Assembly: GCA_951406725.2 (NCBI GenBank) | Contig: OX597814.1 | Location: forward strand, 38,750,001-38,814,000 | DNA from: Octopus vulgaris | Lineage: Eukaryota | Direction: 5' to 3' | DNA length: 64,000 nt | Shown here: one piece after another, positions 1 to 12,459 of the stretch | Layout of the letters: every line of letters begins with the position of its first letter | How positions within the stretch are numbered: the stretch's first letter is position 1 | The notes under the pieces: model-generated | What the model saw: only the letters and a program-made list of their open reading frames with translations | Databases searched by the model: none | What the model was told of the DNA's origin: nothing | Translations under genes and position numbers: made by a program

Positions 1-49
1 CTCTCCCTCTCCCTTCAGACCTTGGTACATATCTACCTTGTAGAGATCT

Positions 50-780
50 GTTTCTTTTATTCGTGCATTAAATTCACAGTCGACATCAATTACGTAGCAA
101 GTTCATTCCCTCTTTTCAAACGCTAAAATACTAAGATACTAAGATATGTTAGTCCTTGTGTTTTTCTTATGTTTTTGTCTATATATTATATGTTATAATA
201 TCTAATGCGCCCACTATGATAGGAATTGTTTCTGTGTTTATACTCCACATTCGAGTTACTTCTATTTCAAGGTCTTTGTATTTTGAAAGTCTCTACATTT
301 CTTTCAGAGAAACGTTGTCATCTATTGGTATTGATACTTTGATTAGAAAACATTTTCTCCTGAAGATCACTGACGCCTATATCCGGCCTATTGGCCTTGA
401 TTTCTCTATTTGTGTGTATTGGTATATCCCATAGTATGTTGATTTTTCATTCTTTGTGACGATTTCCGGCGTGTGCCTATACCATCTTTTTCTTTATTAT
501 TCCATAGTGTTGGCACAGCTTCCAGTGTATATAGGTCCCAAATCTGTTGCGTCTGTGAATATATTTCTTCACAGACCGAATTGGGCAGCCAGAGACAATG
601 TGGTTTATTATTTCTTGTCTGCAGTTACTTGTTATGTTTCTTTTCATTGTATGTTTTTTAGTAATTTCTGGTTGGGTGGCGTTGGTCTCTGCTTTGAGTC
701 TTGAGCTTCTCAGCCATTGTTGGGATTTTGCTTTGTCGATTTCTCTTCTGTTTACTTTAACCCAGTATTTGTCATGAAGC
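50..780 (-). mobile_element. Decayed 3' end of an RLE-type non-LTR retrotransposon (R4/Dong-like)
   Basis: Minus-strand translation gives ...KYKDLEIEVTRMWSIKTETIPIIVGAL, the C-terminal restriction-like endonuclease region. It is clearly homologous to 47425-47884 and has stops and frameshifts upstream. Confidence 0.8.
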
Positions 781-985
781 GGCTTTTCTTACCGTCGTTT
801 TATCATCATCCGTTGCTGTTCCAGTTTTAGTTTGGATTTCAGTTGTTTTACGGCTTTTCTTGTTTCTTTTTTTTTTTCTTCATAGTTGTTCTGTAGTATG
901 ATTTCTTTTTTTGCATTTGGCAGAGTCCTCAAAAATGTCGTTGTTGTTTTTATTGTTGTTGTTATCGTTGCTGCTGTCAAAACAT

Positions 986-1160
986 GGAGCTGGCAGAATC
1001 GTTAGAACGCCGGGTGAAATGCTTAGCGGTATTCCTTTTGTCTTTACGTTCTGAGTTCAAATTTCGCCGAGGTCGACTTTTCTTTTCAACATTTCGGGCT
1101 CCATAAATTAAATACCAGTTGCGTACTGGAGTCGATATGATCGACTGGCCCCTCCCCAAC
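986..1160 (+). mobile_element. tRNA-derived SINE, family A
   Basis: GAGCTGGCAGAATCGTTAG...GAGTTCAAAT head with A/B-box-like motifs; about ten homologous copies recur in the window. Confidence 0.85.
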
Positions 1161-1237
1161 GAAAGGGTTATTATCATTGTCATTGTTGTTGCTTTTGGTG
1201 TTTTTGTTGTTGTTGTTGTTGTTGATTCTGTTTTTAT

Positions 1238-1425
1238 GGCAATGAGCTGCCAGAATCGTTAGCACGCCGGGTTAAATGCTTACTGGTATTTACTCGGTCG
1301 GTATGTTCTGTGCTCAAATTCTATCTTTCATCTTTTCGGGGTCGATAAATTATGTACCACTCGATACATTAAGCACTGGCATCGACGTAATCGACTAGCC
1401 AGATTTTGAGGCTTTGTGGCTTTAG
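1238..1425 (+). mobile_element. SINE family A, diverged copy
   Basis: GAGCTGCCAGAATCGTTAGCACGCCGG...GGGTCGATAAATT, homologous to 986-1160. Confidence 0.8.
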
Positions 1426-3877
1426 TAGAATATATTATTAGTGTTGCTCTTATTGTTGCTGAATGATATAGATTTTTCCGAAATATAGAAAGTTTCATAA
1501 CTGCGTCCTTGCATCCAATTGATTAGAAGGGGATTTTGGGGCAGATGGGAAAAATTGTAGCAGATGTGAAAAAGTGTTGTCATTGTCTTCACAAACAGAA
1601 AAATAAAAATGATTCTCCTGGCATATTTAACATTATTTTGATCACTCATATATTTCGAGCCCAGCCTTGTTTGATTAGTAACTGCATCTAAAATTATGTA
1701 CCGAAACCTGAACGTTATATCGTAAAACGGTCATTTTAATTCTTGAATAACAACAAATTTTTACATTTTTTCTCGTTTCCTAGTAGTAATGTTTTCAATA
1801 ACCTTACAAAGTTTTCCGTTATGCTTTAGCGAATTTCCTGTTGTAAAATTCCACTTCACCTACTCAGTTACATGCATACATAGATTATATATTTCTGTTG
1901 TTTTAATTTCCTCTTTAATTAAATGCTTGGGTGTTTTTAATACCAGTTTGATGTGTTATGTCTTTATCTTTTTTATTCCCGTAGTTCAGTAGACCTTTTA
2001 ATATAAGTGTAAAATTTAAACTTTAGAATTGTCGGTATATTTTCGATTTGAGATCCAATTATTCTCGAATTACTTGTGTGCCATTCTGATATTCTAACTG
2101 CAATGTTTAGCTATTTATTTACTTATTTGTTATCATTGATAACATTTAATTTCGAAGAATGAAATTGTATTCTATTAACACTGATTAAATTAAGACCATG
2201 CTTAGAAAACCGGACGTTGATGTATATATAAAAGAATTGCATTTTAAATTAAACTGATGCTGCATAATCACATACTTAAACGATAATGTAATTTAGAACA
2301 TAATCGAAAGTATGTAAGAAAAACAAAAACGTAAACAAATGATGGTTTTCATGATATTCAGAACTGTATTTTTAAAATTAATCTAGAAGTGCGTCGTAAA
2401 AAAATTGTGCTAAAAACTAGTCAGAGGTATTTGGAGAAATGAAATGAGTCCTGTGCGATTTTGTGAATATGTATGTCTAAGTGTGTGTGTCTGAGAGAGA
2501 GAGAGAGAGAGCAAATATGTGTCAACTACACACGTACTCATACACAAACACACATACGCGCGCATACACACACGTACACACATGCACACACCCGTGTGTG
2601 TGCGTGTCTGTATGTACATATCTTTTTCATGGATATTCTACGAAGATGTATATGTGCATATACATGTGTTCATATTCATATATATACATTTATACATGGC
2701 CAGAGCAAAAATATGGGAGATAACAGTTGTTTCCCCTGATCTGTATATTTATTTTCACAAGTCCTGCAATCATATATATATGTGTATATGAGTGTGCGCG
2801 CGTTTGTGCGTACGTGTGTGTGTTTGTGCGTATGTGTATGTGCGCGCGCGTTTGTGTATACTTATATGCCAACAGTAATATCGTCCTTTATAGGACTGCC
2901 ACGTTCTGTTGGCATTTAAACGTTACTATCCGGTACTGTTACATATAAAATTCATTAAAAAATAGCACTTTGTACATTTATGAATCACATTTATATCCTC
3001 TGGAAATACGTTGACAGTTGCATCGAGGCGTCAATGTACATGTGAAAGATACCACGAAAATCTTCTTTGTGAGAGACTTGGAAAAAATTTAACTAAAGTT
3101 TGTACGCCTGTGTATTTGCGTGTGCATTGTGTTTGCGTGCGCGCGCGTAAGGCAGAAATCAGAGAAACGCTGATTTTTAAGTCCAAACTTAAGAGAATCT
3201 CTTTAGGAATCATGGCTGTTTTAATAGCTCTATTATTCATGTACTTGATTATAGAAATAACTACACACTCTAGCTTATCTAATAGTATATATGTATCTCA
3301 GGCAATTAAGAAAATTGGTGATGTCGTGATCCTAAAGAAAATCTTAAGGCAACAAGTTGACTGAAGAGTAATAAGAGGCAACTGAATGCACGCAGAGTAG
3401 AAGCATATTAGCTTCTGTATACACTACAGACACAATTCACGTTCTCATCCTGTGCCAGACAGAGCATCAAGTAAATGGAATGAGGCGCATAAACATGAGT
3501 ATGCCTGCGCAGCATATATCTTCTAGGTTATTAACTGGGGCAGTAAAAGGAGCTTTTAGCGATCGCTGCACAGTACCCTCTCATTTTCTCTCATTCTTTC
3601 CACACACACACATATATAGATATTTATATATAAATAGTTGAGATGGATTTAGAATTAGTCTTTATTTCGACCGATCGTGCTATTGTCCCTTATGGTTGTG
3701 ACGCTGTGCATAATGTGTTGCATCCATTTTGCAGTCAGGGTCATATCAGGTGCATCCATACATAAAGTGGTGTCTTGCTAAATACCTTGCGTTCGGGCGT
3801 CATGTTTTTATATGCCCATCAAGTTAGGGTACCATAGTTTTCTTCAGTTGATCTTCGAACGGTAGCAAACAACTGAC

Positions 3878-3948
3878 CCTGAAGAAGCTGCCACGAAAAG
3901 TAAAATAAAGATGTGCATAGCATGCAGCGGAAAGGTGTGTATGTCCAT
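3878..3948 (-). CDS. Candidate signal-peptide-encoding first coding exon (MDIHTFPLHAMHIFILLFVAASSG)
   Basis: T-rich acceptor ...tttatatacag ends at 3959, ATG at 3948, a hydrophobic core follows, and a GG|gtcagt donor starts at 3877. Sequence is unique but no homologue was recognised. Confidence 0.25.
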
Positions 3949-4231
3949 GCGGGAAATGCTGTATATAAATGTATAAAAAATAATGGATGTGTAAATCTCC
4001 TTTTACCTGATCTTTATTTATTTCATTATTTTTTCCCCACGGAAAGTATTTAGCCCTAAAAAAGAACATTCGGATTTACCAAGTGGGGATAATATCAGAA
4101 TCTACTTAATTATCAAGAACGTGAGTATCACTAACGTTCGCTGTGGCTAACCGGGGTTTAGAACCGACATAAGAGTTACAAGATAACTGCCAGGGTTATA
4201 TATCCCTTGAAAGAATTTGAGAAAACTTACT

Positions 4232-4670
<439 letters not shown>

Positions 4671-5399
4671 TCATGTATACCTATGTATGTATGTGTGCAG
4701 GTTAGTATCTGTGAGTGTATATTTACTCACACACGTACACATGCATAGACAGAAACACACTTACATACACTGTCACATAATTTAAGATGTGTGTTCTTTG
4801 TCTTTTAACTTTTATATCACCGACATATTAAAGAGATTATTAGAATTTCTGGAAACTTTATGCTGTAATTTTGGTTTGCGCTTTAACGATACACATTTAC
4901 ATTACTAGCCAACACTTCACTTACGAATTAGGCAGCTGTCCAAAATCTACAATTCCCTCATTATCTACTAATAGATAACAGTCTTTATGTTCAAATAAGA
5001 AAAGTGACGAAGTTCTTGCATAGAAACTGTAGAAGATAATACCATCGTGCGGTTTCGAATTAAATAAAAATCAGCCACTCACAATGAAACAATTACAGCC
5101 TCTTATCTTCATTATGAATGGCCGTATATTTTATCATTTTACTAATAATATTCAAGATGGTAGTATTATACGGCGCATTAACATATGGCAACAGGCATTA
5201 ATATTCGACAAATTTGTTTAATGCCTTTGCCAAATATACGAAAGCAACCAATTAGACAGAGGCTATTAAACACGTGCCTGTATCCAAACTAAACAATCAG
5301 TACACAGAAATCAACCAACTGTAAAGCATGTACATATGTGTGTGTATGAGTTTGTGTGCTTGAGAATGTGTATCTGAATATCTGTATATATGTAAATGA

Positions 5400-5414
5400 G
5401 TTCGCCTATTTATG

Positions 5415-5445
<31 letters not shown>

Positions 5446-5690
5446 GTATATATATATATATCTATGTATGTATGTATGTATGTGTGTGTATGTCTATGTG
5501 TATATACTTATATATATATACACACGTGCATATATATGCATATAATTAAAGTTATGCCTATGCACGAATATATATATATATATATGCATATATATATATG
5601 TATGCATATACATACATATATATACACGTACATAAACACACTCATGCATAAACACACACACACACAAGCATACATACAACAAATACACAT
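5400..5690. repeat. Degenerate TA/TG/CA microsatellite
   Basis: Directly visible. Confidence 0.9.
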
Positions 5691-5849
5691 ATATGTAGTA
5701 TTCTCTTGCAAACTGGTATGATTTGGTGACATGTCACTTATATTCACGAATTGCTAAGCTACCTAAGTAATGGAGGGAAACAAAAGCACATACTCGCGTC
5801 TCCAACAGAGTGAAACATGCACAATATCTCGCCAAGCGAGAATGTGAGT

Positions 5850-6830
5850 TTCTTTGGGATTTGATTGGTACATATATTCTCTCTACTACACACTACCTTC
5901 ATCAAATAATACTTCTTTTCCTCGAGGAAGACTTTTGCCTGTCAATCTTAAAAGTTATACGTAAAGTTAGTTATAATGGTAAAATGTTGACCTTCTTCCA
6001 GTCGGTATTCTGATCCATCTATTAAGTTGATACAGAGGTTATGTTGATACAGATATCACAGTTGGGCCTCCCGCACTTTTTTACTGTCGTCTTTGTGCTT
6101 ATTGTTGAGTGTAATTTGGCTTAGGTTAAAATCTTCTTCGTGGAATTTGCCTGTCTCTTTTGATGATAGTGTGTGTTTGGTGGATTGGATTCATCTTTGG
6201 GTTCCATTTGAGTAGAGCTTTGCTATGGAGTATAGTGTTGAAGGCCTCATTGCTATGTGGGTTCTGTGTGGAAATGTAATGCAGGGTTTTCAATTTCCCT
6301 TCTTTGGTCTTGGTTGTCAGAGTTCTTGTATAGTGAATTTAAGGACTCGTTGAATCGCACTGTTGATTAAGTGTTGTTGGTAATTCCTATTGATGATTGT
6401 AGTGTTTAGTTCTTGGAGTTATGTGTAAATGATGTTTGTGTATGATACTATTGGGCATATTCTTTTGGCTATACTAAAGGGAATATTCGTTCCGTTCTGG
6501 TGTGGCAAGAATTAAATGTCAGGTACTGTTTCGAGTCCGTAGGTTTGTAATAGATATCTGTCTCTATTTTCTTCCCGCCTTAATTAATAAGGATATCTAA
6601 AAACGGTACTTGTTCCTGATTACATTCTATCGTAAATGTATTCTATTTAGAAGTGTTGTGAAGTCATTAAGTTTTTCTACACTTTCATTCCAGAGGATGA
6701 AGTAGTCATTGAGATATCTTTTTCAGTTGTTTTAATGTAGGATATTTAACAACTACCGTTCTTAGATATCCTTATTAAGAAAGTCGGGAACAAAATAGAG
6801 ACAGATATCTATTATATACCCACGGCGAAT
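5850..6830 (-). mobile_element. Penelope-like element remnant (RT thumb to GIY-YIG linker) with an inverted segment
   Basis: Minus-strand motifs include YFILWNES, PFLDILI..IETDIYYKPTDSKQYL and TVKKCGRPNCDICINI. An inverted copy LPFLDILIKKVGNKIETDIYY lies on + at about 6750-6825. Confidence 0.8.
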
Positions 6831-6989
6831 AAAAATATGAGAAGTAGATGTAATTTTTTTTTATTCACCTTACACTAATTACATATACTAAATGACCTGA
6901 GATAATCGCCCAGCCTTGGTTTTGTTTAATTCTTAATTTCACCTATTCCTGTTGACTTGGAAGCCTAGTACGGATCCCTAGCCGCAGAC

Positions 6990-7265
6990 TCAGCTGCGAG
7001 CTTAGAACATAACAGATGACAAGTTATACCACTTGTGCAAGAGCAAGGCACTTTAGTCATGTTGTTGCAGTCCCCTCAGCTGAAAAAAATTTGTAGTATC
7101 AGTATTTCATAGAGCCAGCCATGTCACATTGCCTCACACTGCATCTCCTTGAGAACCATGTTAAGGGGACACGTTTCTGTTGAGTGCTGAGCCACTTTCA
7201 CTTAACTCTACGAGCAGGCTTTTCTGTTGATCGGATCATCTGTAACCCTCATCGTTGTGACCGCC
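6990..7265 (+). mobile_element. SINE family C, diverged
   Basis: GAGCAAGGCACTT...GCTGAGCCACTTTCACTTAA...GATCGGATCA; homologous to the minus-strand copy at 58700-59035. Confidence 0.65.
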
Positions 7266-7497
7266 AGTTAACACACACACACACGCACACACAAACACAC
7301 ACAAACACATGCATATATATAGTTATATGTGATTGTATCTTTATAATCATACACACACACTCTCACGCATTGTGTTGAGTCATTGATTTTCCAATAATTT
7401 GGTAACTTATTTACTTTAATCGTCAATTAAATCGAAAACAGCCAATAATTCAAACTAGAATTTATTGCATTGCAACATCCGAAACATTTGTTCTGCC

Positions 7498-7762
7498 ATT
7501 ATTTACATTATTTACATTCGACAAATATTTGTCCTCATCTTGTTTGTCGTTCACACAACGTTTCGGTTGATATACCCAGCAGCCTTCTTCAGGTGTCTTG
7601 GGGAAATTTCGAACCCGTGTTCCAAAGATGTTTTTCTATGATATGATTATTATTATTAATGTTGTTGTTGTTATTACTATTATTGTTCAGGTCACTGCAT
7701 GGAATCGAATTCAAAATTTTGCGGTTAGTAGCCCGCGCTCTTAACCACTACATCATATGCCC
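7498..7762 (-). mobile_element. tRNA-headed SINE-like element with a hammerhead-containing tail
   Basis: Head TGTAGTGGTTAAGAGC (A box) ... GAATTCGATTCC (B box), then a (TAA/CAA)n linker, a hammerhead motif and a (TGTAAATAA)2 tail. Confidence 0.7.
7553..7596 (-). ncRNA. Minimal type I hammerhead ribozyme (Penelope type)
   Basis: ACAC-CUGAAGA-A-GGCUG..CAACC-GAAA-CGU-U-GUGU: stem I ACAC/GUGU, intact core, stem II with one mismatch, palindromic ACGU stem III. Confidence 0.75.
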
Positions 7763-10169
7763 AACATTGATATCATCTCTTTCCTTTCGTGGTGAAGAAC
7801 TCCTTCACTCAAGTTCGCACCTTGTTTTTTTATTGAAGCATGATGAGTGTAGGAACCGAGCCATGGTTCGGAATAAGTATGAATCCCAGGAAGCTAACAC
7901 CGCACTGTATACTGTGTAGACTGTTTCATACCGATATAACAAGTGCCGGACTACAGAAATTACGTGCTGATGCTGATTCGTTCTACTAAAATTCTTGAAG
8001 GCATTGCCACAGAATTGCCGCAGTCTAATGACTGAAACAGATAAATGATAAAATACATAATTATGTATATATATATGTATCGATACAAAAGGAAAAGTTT
8101 GCAAATGATTTTGAAGGTTTGCTTATTAGCCGTCATCATAATTTTCTGATGTACGTGTTTGTGTGTGTGTTTGTGTGTATCTTCATATGATTGTATTTGC
8201 GTGCACGCGTGTCTGTGTGTGGAATGGTATCAAATCGAATTCTACATTGAAAAAATTGTCTGAAATGTAGACTAGACTCAAATATTTACTTAAAATAATC
8301 ACTCTATAGAAAAATGTCTTTGTATAGAATCGCATTTCGGCGTTTATGCTCCTTGATATTTCCGCCTCCACACCAAACCTTGAGTAACTGACGTTTCTTT
8401 TTTTTTTTTGTGGCTAGTATATTTATCTTACATCAAGACCAAATAATATTTATGTTAGCATTAATGATATATTCTGCTAGTATACAAAGGTGAAATAAAA
8501 TAAAAGATTAACATATTATCGGCGTAAGAAACGAATCTTACAGCAGGTTTGCTTCTCGGCAATGTTTAAATTACACATCGATGAATTTGATTGTATATTC
8601 ATGTATTCCTTTGTGATTCTTTATTCTTATACATTACGGTTTACATTATGCTATCAGTTGGTAGGAAGAAATACATATACATCAAATATCTAACGCCAAC
8701 ACTTAATTTTTCCCGAGAAACTATTACATAGTCAATAGCACCTCTCCATTATTATTTCTTATATACACAAATGTACTGGATCTCTCGAATCTTAAGGACA
8801 ATAAGTAATTTCATATTAATGGTAATCTGAAAACAATACCCACGATCAAATTTTCGGTGCGTAGAATATAGCAAAATGCTTAAAGTGTCAGCTAACGATT
8901 AATGTAGTAAAATTTAATCCATAAGATATTAGGTAAGATGCATTATATGTTCTGTATATATCTGTTTCAACACGTTCAATGCATGTGTTTGCACACGTGA
9001 GAACCTAGATCACAGCAAAAATGTAAATATTAGCAGTTTAATCCATTTGACTGATTCGTCAGAACCAAAATCGTTTCTCACCAGTTGTGGAAATGAAATG
9101 AAACAAACTAGCATTCATACACAGACTGTTCAGCAGCAGGGACATATTGTTATAATAAAATAATAAGTAAAACAAAAATTAAAACTCTGTATATGTATGT
9201 GTGCGCCCACCCGCACCCTCGTACACGAATGTATGTGTCTGCGTGCATGCGTGTCCGTGTATGAGTGTATGCGTTGTTATGTATATGAAAGTATAGTTTT
9301 ATATTTGCTAACTTAACAAAATGTTTCATACTAGAAATGGAGAGGCAAAACTCCAGTAATAACCGGAAATAGTTTAACAGAGCACTGTAGCTTAGTTTAG
9401 TTGTTCTCAATTCAGAGGCCTGAATCAAATCTGAATACTTAAATATCCCGAGAAAATTTTATGGATGTAAGATACACACAGATCAAATCAAAATGTTAAA
9501 GAACTGGACTGTTCAATTATTACGTAGGATTAATGAGTCTTGAACTGGTTCCTTTAATCAGCGGCTAAAATTTGCCCTCAGTCTACGTTTTGTTTTTCTG
9601 TAGTGTAGTGGTAGGATAAGAAGAGAGTGATGTAGGGATGCAGATGGCAGGGGAGGGAATGCGACGATGAAGGATATTTTACTTATATACATTTTGATGC
9701 ATAAAATAAAATTGTCACACATTTTCTTTCTGCACAAATCTTTGGAAAGCATATTCCGTAATAACCAATATAAGCTGTATGTCTCGATTCTTCGTTGAAA
9801 ATGCGGATATTTATTTCAGACCTAGCCAGTTGTGTGTAAGGAATTAAAATATATAAAAAAATTGGAAGTGATAGCTTTTAATGTCCAGCCTACTAAACAT
9901 CGCTTTAAAGCACATAGCGAATGCGCATTTCAAAATGTATCATTTAATGTCCCCATAAATTGCGGAATTATACTCAAGGGATTCAGTTTCAACGTATTAC
10001 TTCAGAATTTGCTTCAAAATATCAACAGCATTGAAATTATAATTTCTTTAGACAAGACCGTAAAAATGTACAACTATTATTCAAAGATTCAGTTCCATCT
10101 AACTGAATCTTCGCTTCCAACTTGAGTTTAAATATTTTGATTGGAACAGTAAACAGTTAATATTACGGA

Positions 10170-10310
10170 GATAGCAAAATGCTTACCGTCATTTCATCTG
10201 TCTTTACATCCTGGGTTCAACTGCCACCAGAGTAGACTTTCCATGTCATCCTTTCAGGGTCGATAGAATAAGTACCATTTAAACATTGTGGTCGATGTAA
10301 TTGAAGAACC
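10170..10310 (+). mobile_element. SINE family A fragment
   Basis: AAATGCTTACC...GGGTTCAACT...GGGTCGATAGAATAAGTACC. Confidence 0.7.
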
Positions 10311-11554
10311 ACTTTCTTTCGCAGAGAGAAATGTCATTTGACAACCAATAATATGCTATGTTAAAGAAAACTAATGACCTGCAGGGACCCCATATTTCTT
10401 ATTGCAGTCATTTTATATTGCAAAATATATCAAATGCTCTTATAAGTTAATATTGTGCTAGCGGTGCTATTACATCAATTGTTAAGGTTATCTCTTCAGA
10501 TTGTCTATAGAAATAATAACCCGCGCTGATTTTGTAACGACGTTTCATGTCCGACGTTCATATCGATAGCATTAAGGATTTTAATTTAAAATTTTTTTTT
10601 TTTTTTTGCAAACAAGGATCAATTCGTAAATGATTGTAGAATGATTACTGACTTTGCGAATGAAAGTATTTCAGTTTCCGTCAACTTTAGGGTGAACAAG
10701 TACAAGTTAAAGTTACATACCCCGCGTGAAATCTGACTCAGATATTCAATGATTAATTTGGTAAACGGAATATACACGTCAAATAATTAATGTTTACTTC
10801 AGCAAACATATAATGAAAGGGTATTTAACGAACATTATCTGCCATATTCTTATTAAAAGATAAGAAATAAAAAAAACAATAAAAAATTTTATTCATGAAT
10901 ATGGTTCTATATTTTCAAGAATATTTAATGGAAAACATAATTAAATAGATGCCATGCCATGAATTTGATTTTCTTCCCATTATTTTATTTTTCTGATAAC
11001 ATTTCCTTGTATGAGTCAATGTTTGATGTGACACGTGGTATATCTCATTAATGTGAATATTGTTTTTTTATCTGCTGGTAGTTGATAATTATTCCTGCAA
11101 AATGATTCTCACATCTGAAATTATATTTCAACTTCTATATCAATGCATTGTTCCCGATGAAATCACTGTAATAACGACTATAGGAAAAACATCTCCAATT
11201 ACGAAAACATATTTTTCCAAATACTTGAATAAAATTATATTAAGCGATGCACGAATTTATTGAGAAATCATAAGAGATGGATCCCAAATATGAATTGATT
11301 TGTGTTCGAGGAATTCATATCTTCATAGATACATTTTAAAATATTTTTAATAAACAAAGTGTCTATCTTGTAATAAGTGTAAATATTTACTGTTTTCAAG
11401 GAGAGTTCAGTTGGTTTATCGTTCTTATATATGATTAAAAAATATTCATGATAATTAGAAAAATATAAGTTTATTATACTTATACAGAAGTAAGTATATG
11501 TGTGTGTGTCTGTACAGAGTGAGAGAGAGTGAGGGAGAGAGTGGGAGAGAGACG

Positions 11555-11890
11555 AGGCATGACTGTGTGGTAAGAAGCTTTGTTCCCGATTACATGATAC
11601 GGCATGGCACCTTGTGTAAGTGTCTACTATAGGCTCGGACTGACGAAAGCTTGCGAGTTGATTTCCCTGATGGAAACTAAAAAACGACCGTCATGTATTT
11701 ATGTCTTTGTTATTTGTCCATCACCCGCGACTTCAAGATATATTTTACTGAGTTTACATAAACGAAACTTAGACGTTCGTTCAAAGAAATCAATTGAATA
11801 TGCACCCAGATTGATGCACTCAACTAGAATTTATCAAGCGTGTGCTCCAGCATAACCACAAACTAATGACTGAAAGAAATAAAAGAAATA
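11555..11890 (+). mobile_element. SINE family B, diverged
   Basis: CTGTGTGGTAAGAAGCTT...GGCACCTTG...ATGACTGAAAGAAATAAAAGAA, homologous to 49555-49940. Confidence 0.8.
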
Positions 11891-12238
11891 CACAAGGACA
11901 TACATATATAAACATGTCTCTATTTCCATGACACAGCTAGCACTATTCTTGTTCTACATTCATACATGTGAGTCTGTGTGTATATCTGTGTACACATGTT
12001 TTGATGAGCAGTTACAAATAATACAACAATTTTACCGTTATCTGATGGTTTACTGTATACATTTTGTAGTATAAAGTTAACATTCTTATGCAAGAATTTC
12101 GTTCACAGTGACCTCGACGTTTCAGTCAGGTAAGCGTTTGTCGGACTGCCGAAGGTGGCTTAGCGGCCCGAAAATTTGAAATCATTGTGAACTACATTCT
12201 TGTTTCTTGGATAAGAATAGTACATATATATTTTTCTG

Positions 12239-12457
12239 AATTTTTCTCCCACTATTTCCTGTCACTTTTTGAACACCCACCTTCTATTTCTCTTATTTAT
12301 GATTTCTTCATTTTTATAATTTTTCATTCTTAAAAATGTTTTTTAAGAAAAAACATTTTTAAGAATGAAAAGGTATAAAATTTGAAGAAAACATAAAAAG
12401 AGAAATAGAAAAAAGGTGGGTGTTCAAAAAGAGACAGAAAATAATAGGAGAAAAATT
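12239..12457. repeat. Long imperfect palindrome (~220 bp)
   Basis: Perfect 24-bp arms at 12321-12344 and 12348-12371 around a 3-nt loop; outer arms include TTTTTGAACACCCACCTT / AAGGTGGGTGTTCAAAAA. Confidence 0.9.
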
Positions 12458-12459
12458 GA

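Noticed and set aside
3959-4006. 48-nt GT-AG mini-intron, with a similar one at 56156-56203
   Set aside because: Very short, and such motif pairs are expected by chance in AT-rich DNA; the join at 56156 also meets an in-frame stop within six codons.
12143-12180. Hammerhead-like CTGCCGAAGG...CCGAAA
   Set aside because: The core and stems are too degenerate to support a call.
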